From the UHGV virus genome UHGV-1357019: a stretch of DNA of 41,404 nucleotides, one strand, 5' to 3'. The notes beneath the pieces were generated by a model. That model saw nothing but the letters and a program-made list of their open reading frames with translations, made no database searches and was not told where the DNA came from. The translations under genes were made by a program, and so were the position numbers. Shown in pieces: positions 8,867 through 17,793 of this stretch. Source of the stretch: a virus. Each line of letters begins with the position of its first letter. The first letter of the stretch is position 1.

Positions 8867-9280
8867 ATGAATACTAGAGACAAAATACACTCAGCAATAA
8901 ATGAACATATTGATATTGAGGATACTTATGCATATTTCTTAACTAGGGAAAAAAGTTCATTTTCAGTTGGAACAGTAACATTAGATGACTTCGAGGAATG
9001 GACTGATAGTGATGTTGCTGATTTAACTGATTCGATAATGGAAAAGATAAACCCCGAACTCAACGAAAACCAGCAGGTCGTGTTGGAGTGGTTAGAAGCT
9101 TATGCAGATAAGGATAGTGGTGATTGGCCTATGCAAACTATTTTTTATATGTGGGATTGTATTAGAAGCGATAGGTTGGGCGGAGAGGAATTGTCAGCTC
9201 TCAGAAAATTGACTAGGATCGAACAATTTGAAGTCCTAGCAGCCTTCGCGGAATGGGGAAAGAAAGAGGTGGCGGAATGA
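8867..9280 (+). CDS. hypothetical protein
   Basis: ORF track; stop overlaps the next start (ATGA). Confidence 0.4.
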   Translation: MNTRDKIHSAINEHIDIEDTYAYFLTREKSSFSVGTVTLDDFEEWTDSDVADLTDSIMEKINPELNENQQVVLEWLEAYADKDSGDWPMQTIFYMWDCIRSDRLGGEELSALRKLTRIEQFEVLAAFAEWGKKEVAE

Positions 9281-9606
9281 AAGTAAATCCTATTTTCAAA
9301 TTCGCTCTATTAGTTTTGCTGATTCTGTCACCAACACTAATTGGAGTGTTTGGTTGTATTTTTTCGGATTGGAACAACGAGAAGGTTGCAGGCATAGTAA
9401 TTCTTGTTTATATGGTCGGAACTCTATTCATTCTATTGCTAGCGTTTTTGTGGATATTAATTTTTGAAGACAGCTATGACGAGTGGAAAAAGCTTCAAGA
9501 AAAGAATATCAACAAACGAGCAATCCATGATAAAGAAATGAAACGAATGAAAGAAGAGATGGAAGAAATGCGGCGACGGTTAGATGATCGTTGGGACAAT
9601 TTTTAG
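9277..9606 (+). CDS. small membrane protein (2 TM)
   Basis: ATG 9277 after AGAGGTGGCGGA; hydrophobic stretches LLVLLILSPTLIGVFGCIF and IVILVYMVGTLFILLLAFLWILIF. Confidence 0.5.
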   Translation: MKVNPIFKFALLVLLILSPTLIGVFGCIFSDWNNEKVAGIVILVYMVGTLFILLLAFLWILIFEDSYDEWKKLQEKNINKRAIHDKEMKRMKEEMEEMRRRLDDRWDNF

Positions 9607-9640
9607 TTCCAGTAACCGAAGCGATTAAGGAGGTTTTTGA

Positions 9641-9859
9641 ATGAAGTTTTCGGATGAATTATTTGAATTGTTAGATTCAGAGGAAACTGAAGGTCGTGAT
9701 GATCGTTTCCCTGGTTATCAAGATCAATATACTCAGGGATACTTGCGTGGAATCGAAACGGCTGCTAATTATGTCGAAAGGTTAGAAAAGACAAACGACG
9801 GAGCGATAGAAACGCTCAAGCAGAACATCAAACGGTTCTTTTGCAAAAAAGGAGGGTGA
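9641..9859 (+). CDS. hypothetical protein
   Basis: AAGGAGGT RBS inside a conserved intergenic element. Confidence 0.4.
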   Translation: MKFSDELFELLDSEETEGRDDRFPGYQDQYTQGYLRGIETAANYVERLEKTNDGAIETLKQNIKRFFCKKGG

Positions 9860-9861
9860 CT

Positions 9862-10248
9862 ATGATACCGAAGTTTAGAGTTTGGTGTAAGAACAGAAAA
9901 CGATGGGAGCGAGATGTGTGCTATATACAACAGGATGGATTGCTTTACCAACGGTCTAAAGGGTCAGAACGACTGATCCCGATACTCTCTAAAAATCATG
10001 CTGTAATGCAATCAACAGGAATGGAAGACAAAAACGGCGTTGAGATTTATGAAGGAGATATTGTCCTTTTTACAATAGAAGATGGGTTCGACTATGTATA
10101 TGGTAAGCCGGGAAGAATTAATTTGTCCCTACAATGGGGTGCTGGAGTAAGAGCAATTTCGAGTGGGAATTATCCATTAAGAAAATGTAGGGAAGTGAGA
10201 ATCATCGGCAACATCTATGAAAATCCAGAACTATTGGAGGTGAAGTAA
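9862..10248 (+). CDS. YopX-family protein (paralog 2)
   Basis: MIPKFRVW... and IIGNIYENPELLEVK; AAGGAGGG RBS. Confidence 0.7.
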   Translation: MIPKFRVWCKNRKRWERDVCYIQQDGLLYQRSKGSERLIPILSKNHAVMQSTGMEDKNGVEIYEGDIVLFTIEDGFDYVYGKPGRINLSLQWGAGVRAISSGNYPLRKCREVRIIGNIYENPELLEVK

Positions 10249-10709
10249 TGTTACCGAAATTTAGAGAGTGGGACCCAGTGAGACAAAAGATACACGGAAA
10301 AGGAATGTCCTATAGTGTCAGAGAAGAATTTGATGACAGTGTAAATTTTAGGTTTGATCACGAGGAAGATTTGGATTATACAACAAGGCTTAATGAAACG
10401 GATCGGAATGGAACGCCATATAGAAATCTGATGATGTCGACTGGATTGATGGACAAGAATGGTACTGAGATTTACGAAGGGGATATTGTACACATTTTGG
10501 ATTCCGAGCAGATCAATCAAAGAGATGAAAACGGCGCATATATTGATGCCTTCTTCGAAGAAATAGATGAAATTGATTCTGTTGTATTTGTTGATGGATA
10601 TTTCAAGTTGAAGAGAACCGGTTTTGATGTATGTATCTGTAGATCAGTTGAAGACTTTAAAATTATCGGCAACATCTACGAGAATCCAGAGTTATTGGAG
10701 GTGGAATAA
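10248..10709 (+). CDS. YopX-family protein (paralog 3)
   Basis: MLPKFREW... and IIGNIYENPELLEVE; 3' 45 nt nearly identical to paralog 2. Confidence 0.65.
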   Translation: MLPKFREWDPVRQKIHGKGMSYSVREEFDDSVNFRFDHEEDLDYTTRLNETDRNGTPYRNLMMSTGLMDKNGTEIYEGDIVHILDSEQINQRDENGAYIDAFFEEIDEIDSVVFVDGYFKLKRTGFDVCICRSVEDFKIIGNIYENPELLEVE

Positions 10710-11015
10710 ATGTTAGACATGAAAATATTTGATTATCGAATTACTAGCGATTCACGTCAAGTGATTTTGAGTAAAGCGCTGAGAAATGAAGATGGAGAAC
10801 TGTATGAAAGAAAAACTCCTAAAGGCGAAATGGAAGAGGCTCGCAGTGTTATTGGCTACTATTCTAATGTCAGCAAGGCTTTAATCGGCTTACAACGCGA
10901 TTATGTGTTACATGGCGACAAGCCTATTAACGACATCAAAACATATAAAGAAGAGCTAGAAACGATTACTAAGGCGTGTGAGGATAGATTAAACATGGGA
11001 GAACCATTTAATTAA
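10710..11015 (+). CDS. hypothetical protein
   Basis: ORF track, coupled to the upstream stop. Confidence 0.4.
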   Translation: MLDMKIFDYRITSDSRQVILSKALRNEDGELYERKTPKGEMEEARSVIGYYSNVSKALIGLQRDYVLHGDKPINDIKTYKEELETITKACEDRLNMGEPFN

Positions 11016-11056
11016 TCCGCTAATGTCGCCTATTGCATAGGGTTAGGAGGTATGAA

Positions 11057-11308
11057 ATGAACTTTATTTTCTTGATTAGTGGAGTAATTATCGGATTTGC
11101 TTATCGATCTATAACATTTAATTATAGATTTTCATTAATGGTAAACAGCTTTGAAAAGATAAAAGTGTTTAACATTGAACTGATGGAGAAGCAACAACAG
11201 AATAGCAATCGTTATTACTACATCAAGGGAGTCTTGGACGGATGCCAAGGAACCGGAGAAGTACTTCTTGGAAAAGAAAATGTTAGTAAGGCTGTAAATA
11301 ATGATTGA
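11057..11308 (+). CDS. small membrane protein
   Basis: ATG 11057 with GGAGG 6 nt upstream; N-terminal TM segment FIFLISGVIIGFAY. Confidence 0.4.
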   Translation: MNFIFLISGVIIGFAYRSITFNYRFSLMVNSFEKIKVFNIELMEKQQQNSNRYYYIKGVLDGCQGTGEVLLGKENVSKAVNND

Positions 11309-11347
11309 CGAACTTAAATGTTGAGTTAGCATACAGGAGTTAAAAAC

Positions 11348-11393
11348 ACAATATATTGTAGGCGAAAGCAAGTTCCCACGATATATTGTGGAT
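11348..11393. promoter_or_regulatory. two copies of palindromic site CAATATATTGTRG upstream of the late-regulator gene
   Basis: acaatatattgtagg (11348-11362) and acgatatattgtgga (11379-11393), 31 bp apart, followed by TTGATA...TGTGTATAAC promoter-like sequence. Confidence 0.35.
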
Positions 11394-11450
11394 AAACCTG
11401 TTGATATGTGTATAACAAAAATAAAACGTTAATCAAGTGGGGGATAGTCA

Positions 11451-11867
11451 TTGTCAGAATTAACTAAAACTAAGTTAGCGGATTTGGAAGAGGATTTCAG
11501 ATCATATAAAAAGATACCTAGCAAGATAGCAGAGGCTTTGGTTGCTAGAGAGTGGAAACCAGAAGATGCAAATTCTTGGATTAAGGGTAGTCAAACTCAT
11601 ACGGAAAAAGCTCTAACTGATTTAATAAAGAGAGAAGACAATAAAAGCTATCTTTATTATTCTAAACTATATATGGATATTTCAAATGCATATGAGAGCC
11701 TCAGTTCAGAACTAAAGGGCATTGTAGATAAATACCTATGGGGAGAGTTAGATTATCTAGAATGGCGCGAAATTGCTGAATATGAACATTGCTCTAAAAC
11801 GGCAGTATATAAAAAGCGATTTAAAATTTTAGAAAGTTTAGCGATCCAACAAGGAAAAGTGTTCTAA
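11451..11867 (+). CDS. ArpU-family late transcription regulator
   Basis: About 138 aa; sigma-70 region-4-like C-terminus (EWREIAEYEHCSKTAVYKKRFKILESLA); sits immediately upstream of the packaging module as ArpU/RinA-type activators do; TTG start. Confidence 0.55.
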   Translation: MSELTKTKLADLEEDFRSYKKIPSKIAEALVAREWKPEDANSWIKGSQTHTEKALTDLIKREDNKSYLYYSKLYMDISNAYESLSSELKGIVDKYLWGELDYLEWREIAEYEHCSKTAVYKKRFKILESLAIQQGKVF

Positions 11868-12495
11868 AACGTGTGGTAGACCACCCTGTCAATACCCTAA
11901 AATAGTATTATCAGAGAGTTATGAATTAATCCACCGAGCAGACGACCCAACCTAACTTTATTGGCATGAAGTTTCTCCTTATACCTCTTAACATACAAAC
12001 GTCTAGCTTGGTGGATTATTCGCTTTTTGACTACACTGCCACTTTGCGGAAACAGAGTAGGCAAACAATTGGCGGCATGAAATAATGATTTCTACATTGA
12101 GCATGCCGTTCTTTATGTCACTGTGGCGGAAAGGAAACGCATTAAGCCCATTATGTTAGCAAAGGGAGCTGGCGCAAGCCAAAAAACAAAGCTAACAATG
12201 CAAGGTTCGAGTCTTTGCCAGTGACTTAGAGATTGAGCAGTAAGCATGAGGCAATCAGACCACTGAATTATCCCAGGGCTTTTGCTTGGATAAACAATCT
12301 CGATTACAAGCAAGCTTGCAGGAGGTAGCTCCTCCGAGTTGACGTGTAGCATCATTGGTGATGCGTCTGACTGTTAGAGTTGGAAATGAGGTCGGTTCGA
12401 ATCTGGCCGCGTCAATTAATGCAACCGAGGATAGAAGTGGTACGTGGAGGATCAGCACGATGACGGTGCTATGTAGGTTGCTTAATACATAATCA
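11868..12495 (+). ncRNA. candidate large structured non-coding RNA (ROOL/GOLLD-class or other)
   Basis: No + strand ORF of 60 aa or more (per the ORF track); GC visibly higher than the flanks; many hairpins and long-range complementary segments; tRNA-like T-arm motifs GGTTCGAGTC (12204-12213) and GGTTCGAATC (12394-12403); ends at a terminator. Strand not established. Confidence 0.35.
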
Positions 12496-12527
12496 AGATC
12501 GCTTCGGCGGTCTTTTTATTTTGAGGA
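12496..12527 (+). terminator. rho-independent terminator
   Basis: GATCGC-ttcg-GCGGTC hairpin with UUCG loop followed by TTTTTATTTT. Confidence 0.5.
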
Positions 12528-12536
12528 GGAATAATT

Positions 12537-12719
12537 ATGCTACAAGAAGCTATTATCAAAGGTGAAGCAGCGTACTTAAGAAAATTAACACGTCGTGAAG
12601 ATGCAGACGAAAAGGATATTGTTGCTGCAAGAGAGTCATTAAAAAATAAAATGAAAGGTCTGAAATTAGATCGCGCTGTAGCTTTGATTGCAGACCCAGA
12701 AGGTAAATATCAAATCTAG
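12537..12719 (+). CDS. hypothetical small protein
   Basis: GAGGAGGA RBS. Confidence 0.4.
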   Translation: MLQEAIIKGEAAYLRKLTRREDADEKDIVAARESLKNKMKGLKLDRAVALIADPEGKYQI

Positions 12720-12749
12720 ATCACTCTTTGAGTGGTCTTTTTATTTTGT
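12718..12749 (+). terminator. hairpin plus T-run (terminator/attenuator, sequence-related to 12496-12527)
   Basis: GATCACTC-ttt-GAGTGGTC then TTTTTATTTTG; shares GGTCTTTTTATTTTG with the upstream copy. Confidence 0.4.
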
Positions 12750-12768
12750 CCTGCGAGGAGGCTATGCA

Positions 12769-12993
12769 ATGAGAACTTACTGGTATGTGTCATTAAACAA
12801 TAAATACCCGCCGCCGATGAAAGGACAATGTAAACGTGTAGTGATGTCTGTTCAAATGAAGGCGGAGTATTCAATTGTCGAAATGACAAGAGAGGCAACG
12901 CCAGTAGAGATTGATTATTGCAAGCTAGTCTATTGTGGTTATGGACATTGGAAAGATGAGCATATCCAAAAAAATATCAAGAAATACGTTTAG
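12769..12993 (+). CDS. hypothetical small protein
   Basis: ATG 12769 after GAGGAGGC; inside track ORF 12688..12993. Confidence 0.4.
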   Translation: MRTYWYVSLNNKYPPPMKGQCKRVVMSVQMKAEYSIVEMTREATPVEIDYCKLVYCGYGHWKDEHIQKNIKKYV

Positions 12994-13018
12994 TTTGTTT
13001 TAGTTTGGAGGTGATTTT

Positions 13019-13375
13019 ATGAAACTTACTAATAGGCATAATAAGGCTATAGAATTGCTGTTCGAAGGCTCTTTGAAGCGGATTGAAATCGCTGAAGAAC
13101 TAAAGATAAGCGAACAGACACTTTACAATTGGTTAAAAGACGAAGATTTCACTCATGCTTATGATGAATATGTAAAAACTATCATGGGTAAGTCATCTGG
13201 TAAAGCGTTGAATACAATGTTGAAGCTTTTAGCAGCCAGATCAGAAATGGTTCGTTTTAATGCAGCTAAAGATATTCTTGATCGTGGAGGATTCGCTCCT
13301 GTTGATAAGAAGGAGATTACTTCAATTGAGCCTCCTGTATTTAAGGATGACATCAGTGGTGAGTCAGATGGTTAA
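13019..13375 (+). CDS. terS: terminase small subunit
   Basis: About 118 aa HTH protein (IEIAEELKISEQTLYNWLK) immediately upstream of and overlapping terL. Confidence 0.65.
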   Translation: MKLTNRHNKAIELLFEGSLKRIEIAEELKISEQTLYNWLKDEDFTHAYDEYVKTIMGKSSGKALNTMLKLLAARSEMVRFNAAKDILDRGGFAPVDKKEITSIEPPVFKDDISGESDG

Positions 13376-14663
13376 ACTATCTGAGTATTTGCCAAAAGCT
13401 TTTCATAGTACGTGGAGAGCAGCAATTGATCCAGAAATTCTTCATATTGTTGAAAAAGGCGGTCGTGGTTCAGGTAAATCTTCTGATATTGCGCATGTAA
13501 TCATACAATTAATCATGAGGTATCCAGTCAACGCGGTTGCTATTAGATTCATCGATAACACGATTGAATTATCAGTTTTTGAACAGTTGAAGTGGGCAAT
13601 CGAAGAACAAGGGGTAACGAGCTATTTCAAGATCAATAAAAGTCCAATGAGAATTACCTATCTGCCCAGAGGGAACTATATTACCTTTCGGGGTGCACAG
13701 AATCCAGAACGGATAAAATCTTTGAAAGATAGCAGATTTCCATTCGCAATAGCTTGGATAGAAGAATTAGCAGAGTTTAAAACAGAAGAAGATGTAACGA
13801 CCATTACAAACTCCCTTTTACGTGGAGAGCTTGCAGATGGTCTTTTTTATAAGTTCTTTTACAGCTACAACCCTCCGAAGAGAAAACAAAGTTGGGTAAA
13901 TAAAAAATACGAGACTAGTTTTCAGCCCAAAAATACATATGTTCACCATACAACATATAAAGACAATCCCTTTATAGCTAAAGCCTTTATAGAAGAGGCA
14001 GAAGCAACAAAAAAACGTAATTCAAGGCGTTATGATTGGGAGTATTTAGGCAAAGCCATCGGTTCAGGTGTTGTTCCGTTCGATAATCTTCAAGTAGAAC
14101 CGGGCAGTATTACGGATGAGATGGTTGCGAACTTTGACAACATTAGAAATGGTCTCGATTTCGGATATGCTACTGATCCGCTAGCATTCGTTCGTTGGCA
14201 TTATGACAAAAAGAAAAATGGGATTTACGCTATCGATGAAATGTACGGCGTGAAGATTAGTAACCGTGAAATCGCAAAAATGTTACATGTAAGAGGCTAT
14301 CAAAACGATGAGATATTCTCAGACTCCGCCGAGCCGAAAAGTAATGCAGAACTGAAAAATGAGCATGGTATCAAGCGTGTTCGAGGCGTGAAAAAAGGTC
14401 CTGACAGTGTTGAATACGGCGAGCAGTGGTTAGACGACTTGGATTTTATCTGCATCGATCCACAACGCACGCCAAACATTGCAAAAGAATTCGAGAATAT
14501 CGATTATCAAACTGATCGCGACGGTAATCCGAAGCCGCGGCTAGAAGACAAAGACAATCATACGATCGACGCTACTCGATATGCGTTTAACGAAGACATG
14601 TGGGCGAAACGTAAGTCGAATGTATCGAAAGAAACCCGCCAAATAATCAAGAGGATGTTTTAA
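13368..14663 (+). CDS. terL: terminase large subunit
   Basis: Walker A GGRGSGKS at the N-terminus, ATPase then nuclease-domain acidic residues; about 431 aa from ATG 13368, which overlaps the terS stop; the track ORF's upstream extension is non-coding overlap. Confidence 0.85.
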   Translation: MVKLSEYLPKAFHSTWRAAIDPEILHIVEKGGRGSGKSSDIAHVIIQLIMRYPVNAVAIRFIDNTIELSVFEQLKWAIEEQGVTSYFKINKSPMRITYLPRGNYITFRGAQNPERIKSLKDSRFPFAIAWIEELAEFKTEEDVTTITNSLLRGELADGLFYKFFYSYNPPKRKQSWVNKKYETSFQPKNTYVHHTTYKDNPFIAKAFIEEAEATKKRNSRRYDWEYLGKAIGSGVVPFDNLQVEPGSITDEMVANFDNIRNGLDFGYATDPLAFVRWHYDKKKNGIYAIDEMYGVKISNREIAKMLHVRGYQNDEIFSDSAEPKSNAELKNEHGIKRVRGVKKGPDSVEYGEQWLDDLDFICIDPQRTPNIAKEFENIDYQTDRDGNPKPRLEDKDNHTIDATRYAFNEDMWAKRKSNVSKETRQIIKRMF

Positions 14664-14675
14664 GGAGAGTGAACA

Positions 14676-16181
14676 ATGGATAAGGTAAATGAATTTGAGC
14701 ACGGTATTGATTCAAATACGAAAGACGGCGTGAATATCAATTACGTTACTTTCCCGATTGAATCGAACCTACATTATCGCTTTTCGTCTGCGGAAGATTT
14801 GCTGGATGATTTAGACACATTGGCTGCAATGATTATGGATCATTATCAAAATCAAGTTCCGAGGCTTGAAGTGCTAGACGAATATAGCAAGGCTCGTAAC
14901 ACGAATATTCTACGTAATCAACGACGTAAAGAAAAAGAGAAAGCCGATCATCGTGCTGCGCATAACTTTGGCAAGATTATTTATACGTTTGATGTTGGTT
15001 ACAATACAGGAAATCCAATCAAGGTTGAGATTGAAGACGAAACGAGTCAGCAAGCGATTGATGAGTTCAATACAAATAACGATATTGATGGCTTAAATAG
15101 CGAACTATGGTTAGACGTTGACAAATATGGTCGAGCCTACGAAATCCACTATCGCGATGAAGATGACGTAGATTACGTAGATTTATCTAATGTTTTTGAA
15201 ACATTTGTTGTTTACGATCTGACAATGAAACGCAGGCCTATCTTAGCAATTAGATATCCAAAGGCACAGTTTAATAAAAATGCTGATAAGATGCGAATCA
15301 TGCCCATTGTTTATACAGCGGATGAAACGATCTATTATCAAGAAACGAAACTAGATGCAATCAAGCTTGTTGAGGATCATCGCGAGTCGCATAGTCATAA
15401 GGAAGTTCCTGTCGTTGAATACTCAAGCAATCGCTTTAGGATGGGAATATATGAAGATGTTCTTTCTCAAATTGATTTATACGATTCGGCTCAGTCTGAT
15501 ACCGCTAATTACATGACGGACTTAAATGATGCTTTGTTAGTAATTAGCGGAGATATCGAAGCTGCAGGTCTATCAGCCGATGACGCTGCAAAAATGAAAG
15601 ATGCAAACATGTTGCTGCTTGAATCAGGTGTCGATATTAACGGAAATAAAACCGCGGTGACTGCAGGATACATCTACAAGCAATACGATGTTCAAGGCGT
15701 GGAATCGCACAAGGATCGTGTCAAAAGTGACATCTATGAAACTGCTATGGTTCCCAACTTAACCGATGAAAAGTTTTCTGGTGTGCAATCAGGCGAAGCG
15801 ATGAAGTATAAACTTTTCGGCTTTCAGCAAATGACCGCGACCAAACAACGGCTCTTTAAAAAATCGCTGACGCGGCGCTATCGGTTGTTGTTCAACTTAA
15901 AGCAAGAAGTAAGTGAACTAACAAATGCTGATCTGAAAGGTTTGAAAATCAGCTTTACACCGAACTTACCAAAGGCGATCCTCGAAGAGTTGAAAGCACT
16001 AGTTGATTCTGGTGTGCAGTTCAGTCAAGAAACGTTGCTTGGTCTGGCTTCTTTCGTTGAAAGTGTGCAGGACGAGATTAACAAAGTTAAAAAAGAAGAG
16101 CCGAAAAGAACGGTTCCAGACTACGACTTCACCGGAACTAATTATTTGCAGGAAACGAAAGATAAAGCTGGTGTTGAGTAA
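14676..16181 (+). CDS. portal protein
   Basis: 501 aa directly after terL; SPP1-type portal size and position. Confidence 0.75.
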   Translation: MDKVNEFEHGIDSNTKDGVNINYVTFPIESNLHYRFSSAEDLLDDLDTLAAMIMDHYQNQVPRLEVLDEYSKARNTNILRNQRRKEKEKADHRAAHNFGKIIYTFDVGYNTGNPIKVEIEDETSQQAIDEFNTNNDIDGLNSELWLDVDKYGRAYEIHYRDEDDVDYVDLSNVFETFVVYDLTMKRRPILAIRYPKAQFNKNADKMRIMPIVYTADETIYYQETKLDAIKLVEDHRESHSHKEVPVVEYSSNRFRMGIYEDVLSQIDLYDSAQSDTANYMTDLNDALLVISGDIEAAGLSADDAAKMKDANMLLLESGVDINGNKTAVTAGYIYKQYDVQGVESHKDRVKSDIYETAMVPNLTDEKFSGVQSGEAMKYKLFGFQQMTATKQRLFKKSLTRRYRLLFNLKQEVSELTNADLKGLKISFTPNLPKAILEELKALVDSGVQFSQETLLGLASFVESVQDEINKVKKEEPKRTVPDYDFTGTNYLQETKDKAGVE

Positions 16182-17107
16182 TGAACTCAAAAGATTACTG
16201 GCGTCAACGTGAGGAGCAACACATTGCACAAATGATCAAAGACGAAAAGCAAATGAAGAAAGCTATCGCTGATCGATTTCAAATAGCAATTGATAATATC
16301 AACAAAGAAATTGATGCGAACTGGCAACGTTTTGCGAACAAAGAAGGCGTATCTCTTTCTGAAGCTAAAAAAGTTTCAATGGAACATGACGTTAAAGCTT
16401 TTGCTAGAAAAGCAAAGCAATATGTTAAAGACAAGGACTTCTCTAAGACTGCTAACGAAGAGTTGCGGCTCTATAATGTCACAATGCGAGTCAATCGATT
16501 GGAGCTTCTTAAATCGCAAATAGGACTTGAACTGATTGCCTTATCTGACGACTTAGATAAGTACACAGCAGATTTACTAACTAAAGAAGGTATTGCTGAA
16601 GCGAAAAGGCAAGCAGGAATATTAGGAGAAACCATTTTTGATGGCTACAGAGATGTTGTAGAAGCTGTCGTGAATGGTTCTTTTCAGTCTGCAACGTTTT
16701 CTGAACGCATATGGGGTAATATGCAAGCTTTCAAAGCAGAATTGGATAAATTACTTGTCCAAACGATTACGCAAGGGAAGAACCCACGAGATATGGCTAG
16801 AAAGCTACGTAATTTATTCGAGTCTAGCAAGTATGAAGTGGAAAGGTTAATGAGAACTGAGTCTGCGCGAGTTCAAACAGCAATTCAAAAGCAAAGTTAT
16901 GATAAATACGAAATAGACGAATATGAATACATTGCTGAACCAACAGCATGTAGCGTTTGCCTACCGTTAAATGGGAAGATATTCAAATCAAAAGACATGT
17001 TGTCAGGGACTAACGCCAGTCCAATGCACGCAAATTGTAGATGCAGCACAGCACCTTATGTCGATCGCGAAGCACTTGGTAGTTCGCTAAAAGAAAGAGG
17101 TTTATAG
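16181..17107 (+). CDS. head morphogenesis protein (MuF / SPP1 gp7 family)
   Basis: Follows the portal; C-terminal ...CSVCLPLNGKIF...HANCRCS motif typical of the gp7/MuF family. Confidence 0.7.
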   Translation: MNSKDYWRQREEQHIAQMIKDEKQMKKAIADRFQIAIDNINKEIDANWQRFANKEGVSLSEAKKVSMEHDVKAFARKAKQYVKDKDFSKTANEELRLYNVTMRVNRLELLKSQIGLELIALSDDLDKYTADLLTKEGIAEAKRQAGILGETIFDGYRDVVEAVVNGSFQSATFSERIWGNMQAFKAELDKLLVQTITQGKNPRDMARKLRNLFESSKYEVERLMRTESARVQTAIQKQSYDKYEIDEYEYIAEPTACSVCLPLNGKIFKSKDMLSGTNASPMHANCRCSTAPYVDREALGSSLKERGL

Positions 17108-17108
17108 A

Positions 17109-17414
17109 ATGAAAGACTTTAACGAAGTGATTCTTACTCTAAAAGTAAAAAAAGAGCTAGCTGAAGTTTATAAAAAAGCTATCGAAACTGAAAATAGTAC
17201 GCAATGGAAAAAGAATCCTATATATAACAGCAATAAAGAATTAGTCAGCAATGAATTGCTGCCAGTTTGGAACGGAAATCATGCAAGCGTTGAGGTTGGT
17301 GAAGAGGGGTTGCTAACAATCACACTTATTTCTCACACGCTACCAAATCTGTTAGAAACAGCTAGTTGGTACGAACGCATGGGAGCTAAGACGATTTACA
17401 AAAACATTATTTAA
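17109..17414 (+). CDS. hypothetical protein
   Basis: ORF track. Confidence 0.4.
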   Translation: MKDFNEVILTLKVKKELAEVYKKAIETENSTQWKKNPIYNSNKELVSNELLPVWNGNHASVEVGEEGLLTITLISHTLPNLLETASWYERMGAKTIYKNII

Positions 17415-17426
17415 CATAAGGAGCTG

Positions 17427-17774
17427 ATGTTTATGTGTTTCCACTGGAGCGTTGATGGAAAGTGTTGTTTATTCTGTGGAGCCTCTGTTCCGGAACAATC
17501 TCGAGCTAGAGCAAAAGAAGTTGTTGCTAGGACAATTAAAAGTGAATCATTTACCAGTGAGCCATCATCATTAAACGAATTAATGCTAGAAACTGCGATT
17601 GAATTTTTACACGACATTAATTCTGAAGAAATCGAAACTATTCAAATTAATTCAACAAAGCACGATGATAGATCAAGAAGTATCAAAATTGAGATTACCT
17701 ATCCTCCTGAACTTACGGAGTTTGAGAAACAAGCAAAAGAAGTTTGGGATCGATTAAAAAGTAATATCGAATAG
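17427..17774 (+). CDS. hypothetical protein (start 17427 or 17433)
   Basis: TAAGGAGCTGA RBS; Cys-containing N-terminus. Confidence 0.4.
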   Translation: MFMCFHWSVDGKCCLFCGASVPEQSRARAKEVVARTIKSESFTSEPSSLNELMLETAIEFLHDINSEEIETIQINSTKHDDRSRSIKIEITYPPELTEFEKQAKEVWDRLKSNIE

Positions 17775-17793
17775 TAATAAGGAGCTGAACGTT

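Noticed and set aside
12118-12415. Possible tRNA genes suggested by GGTTCGAGTC / GGTTCGAATC T-arm motifs with acceptor-like flanks
   Set aside because: No anticodon arm with a canonical 7-nt loop (U33, purine 37) could be drawn for either candidate, and the first candidate needs a 108-nt body. They are kept only as tRNA-like motifs inside the ncRNA candidate, pending tRNAscan-SE.
13260-13367. Upstream extension of the terL ORF (track start 13260)
   Set aside because: That segment lies inside terS in another frame. The RBS-supported ATG at 13368 gives the canonical terminase N-terminus with the Walker A motif about 20 residues in.
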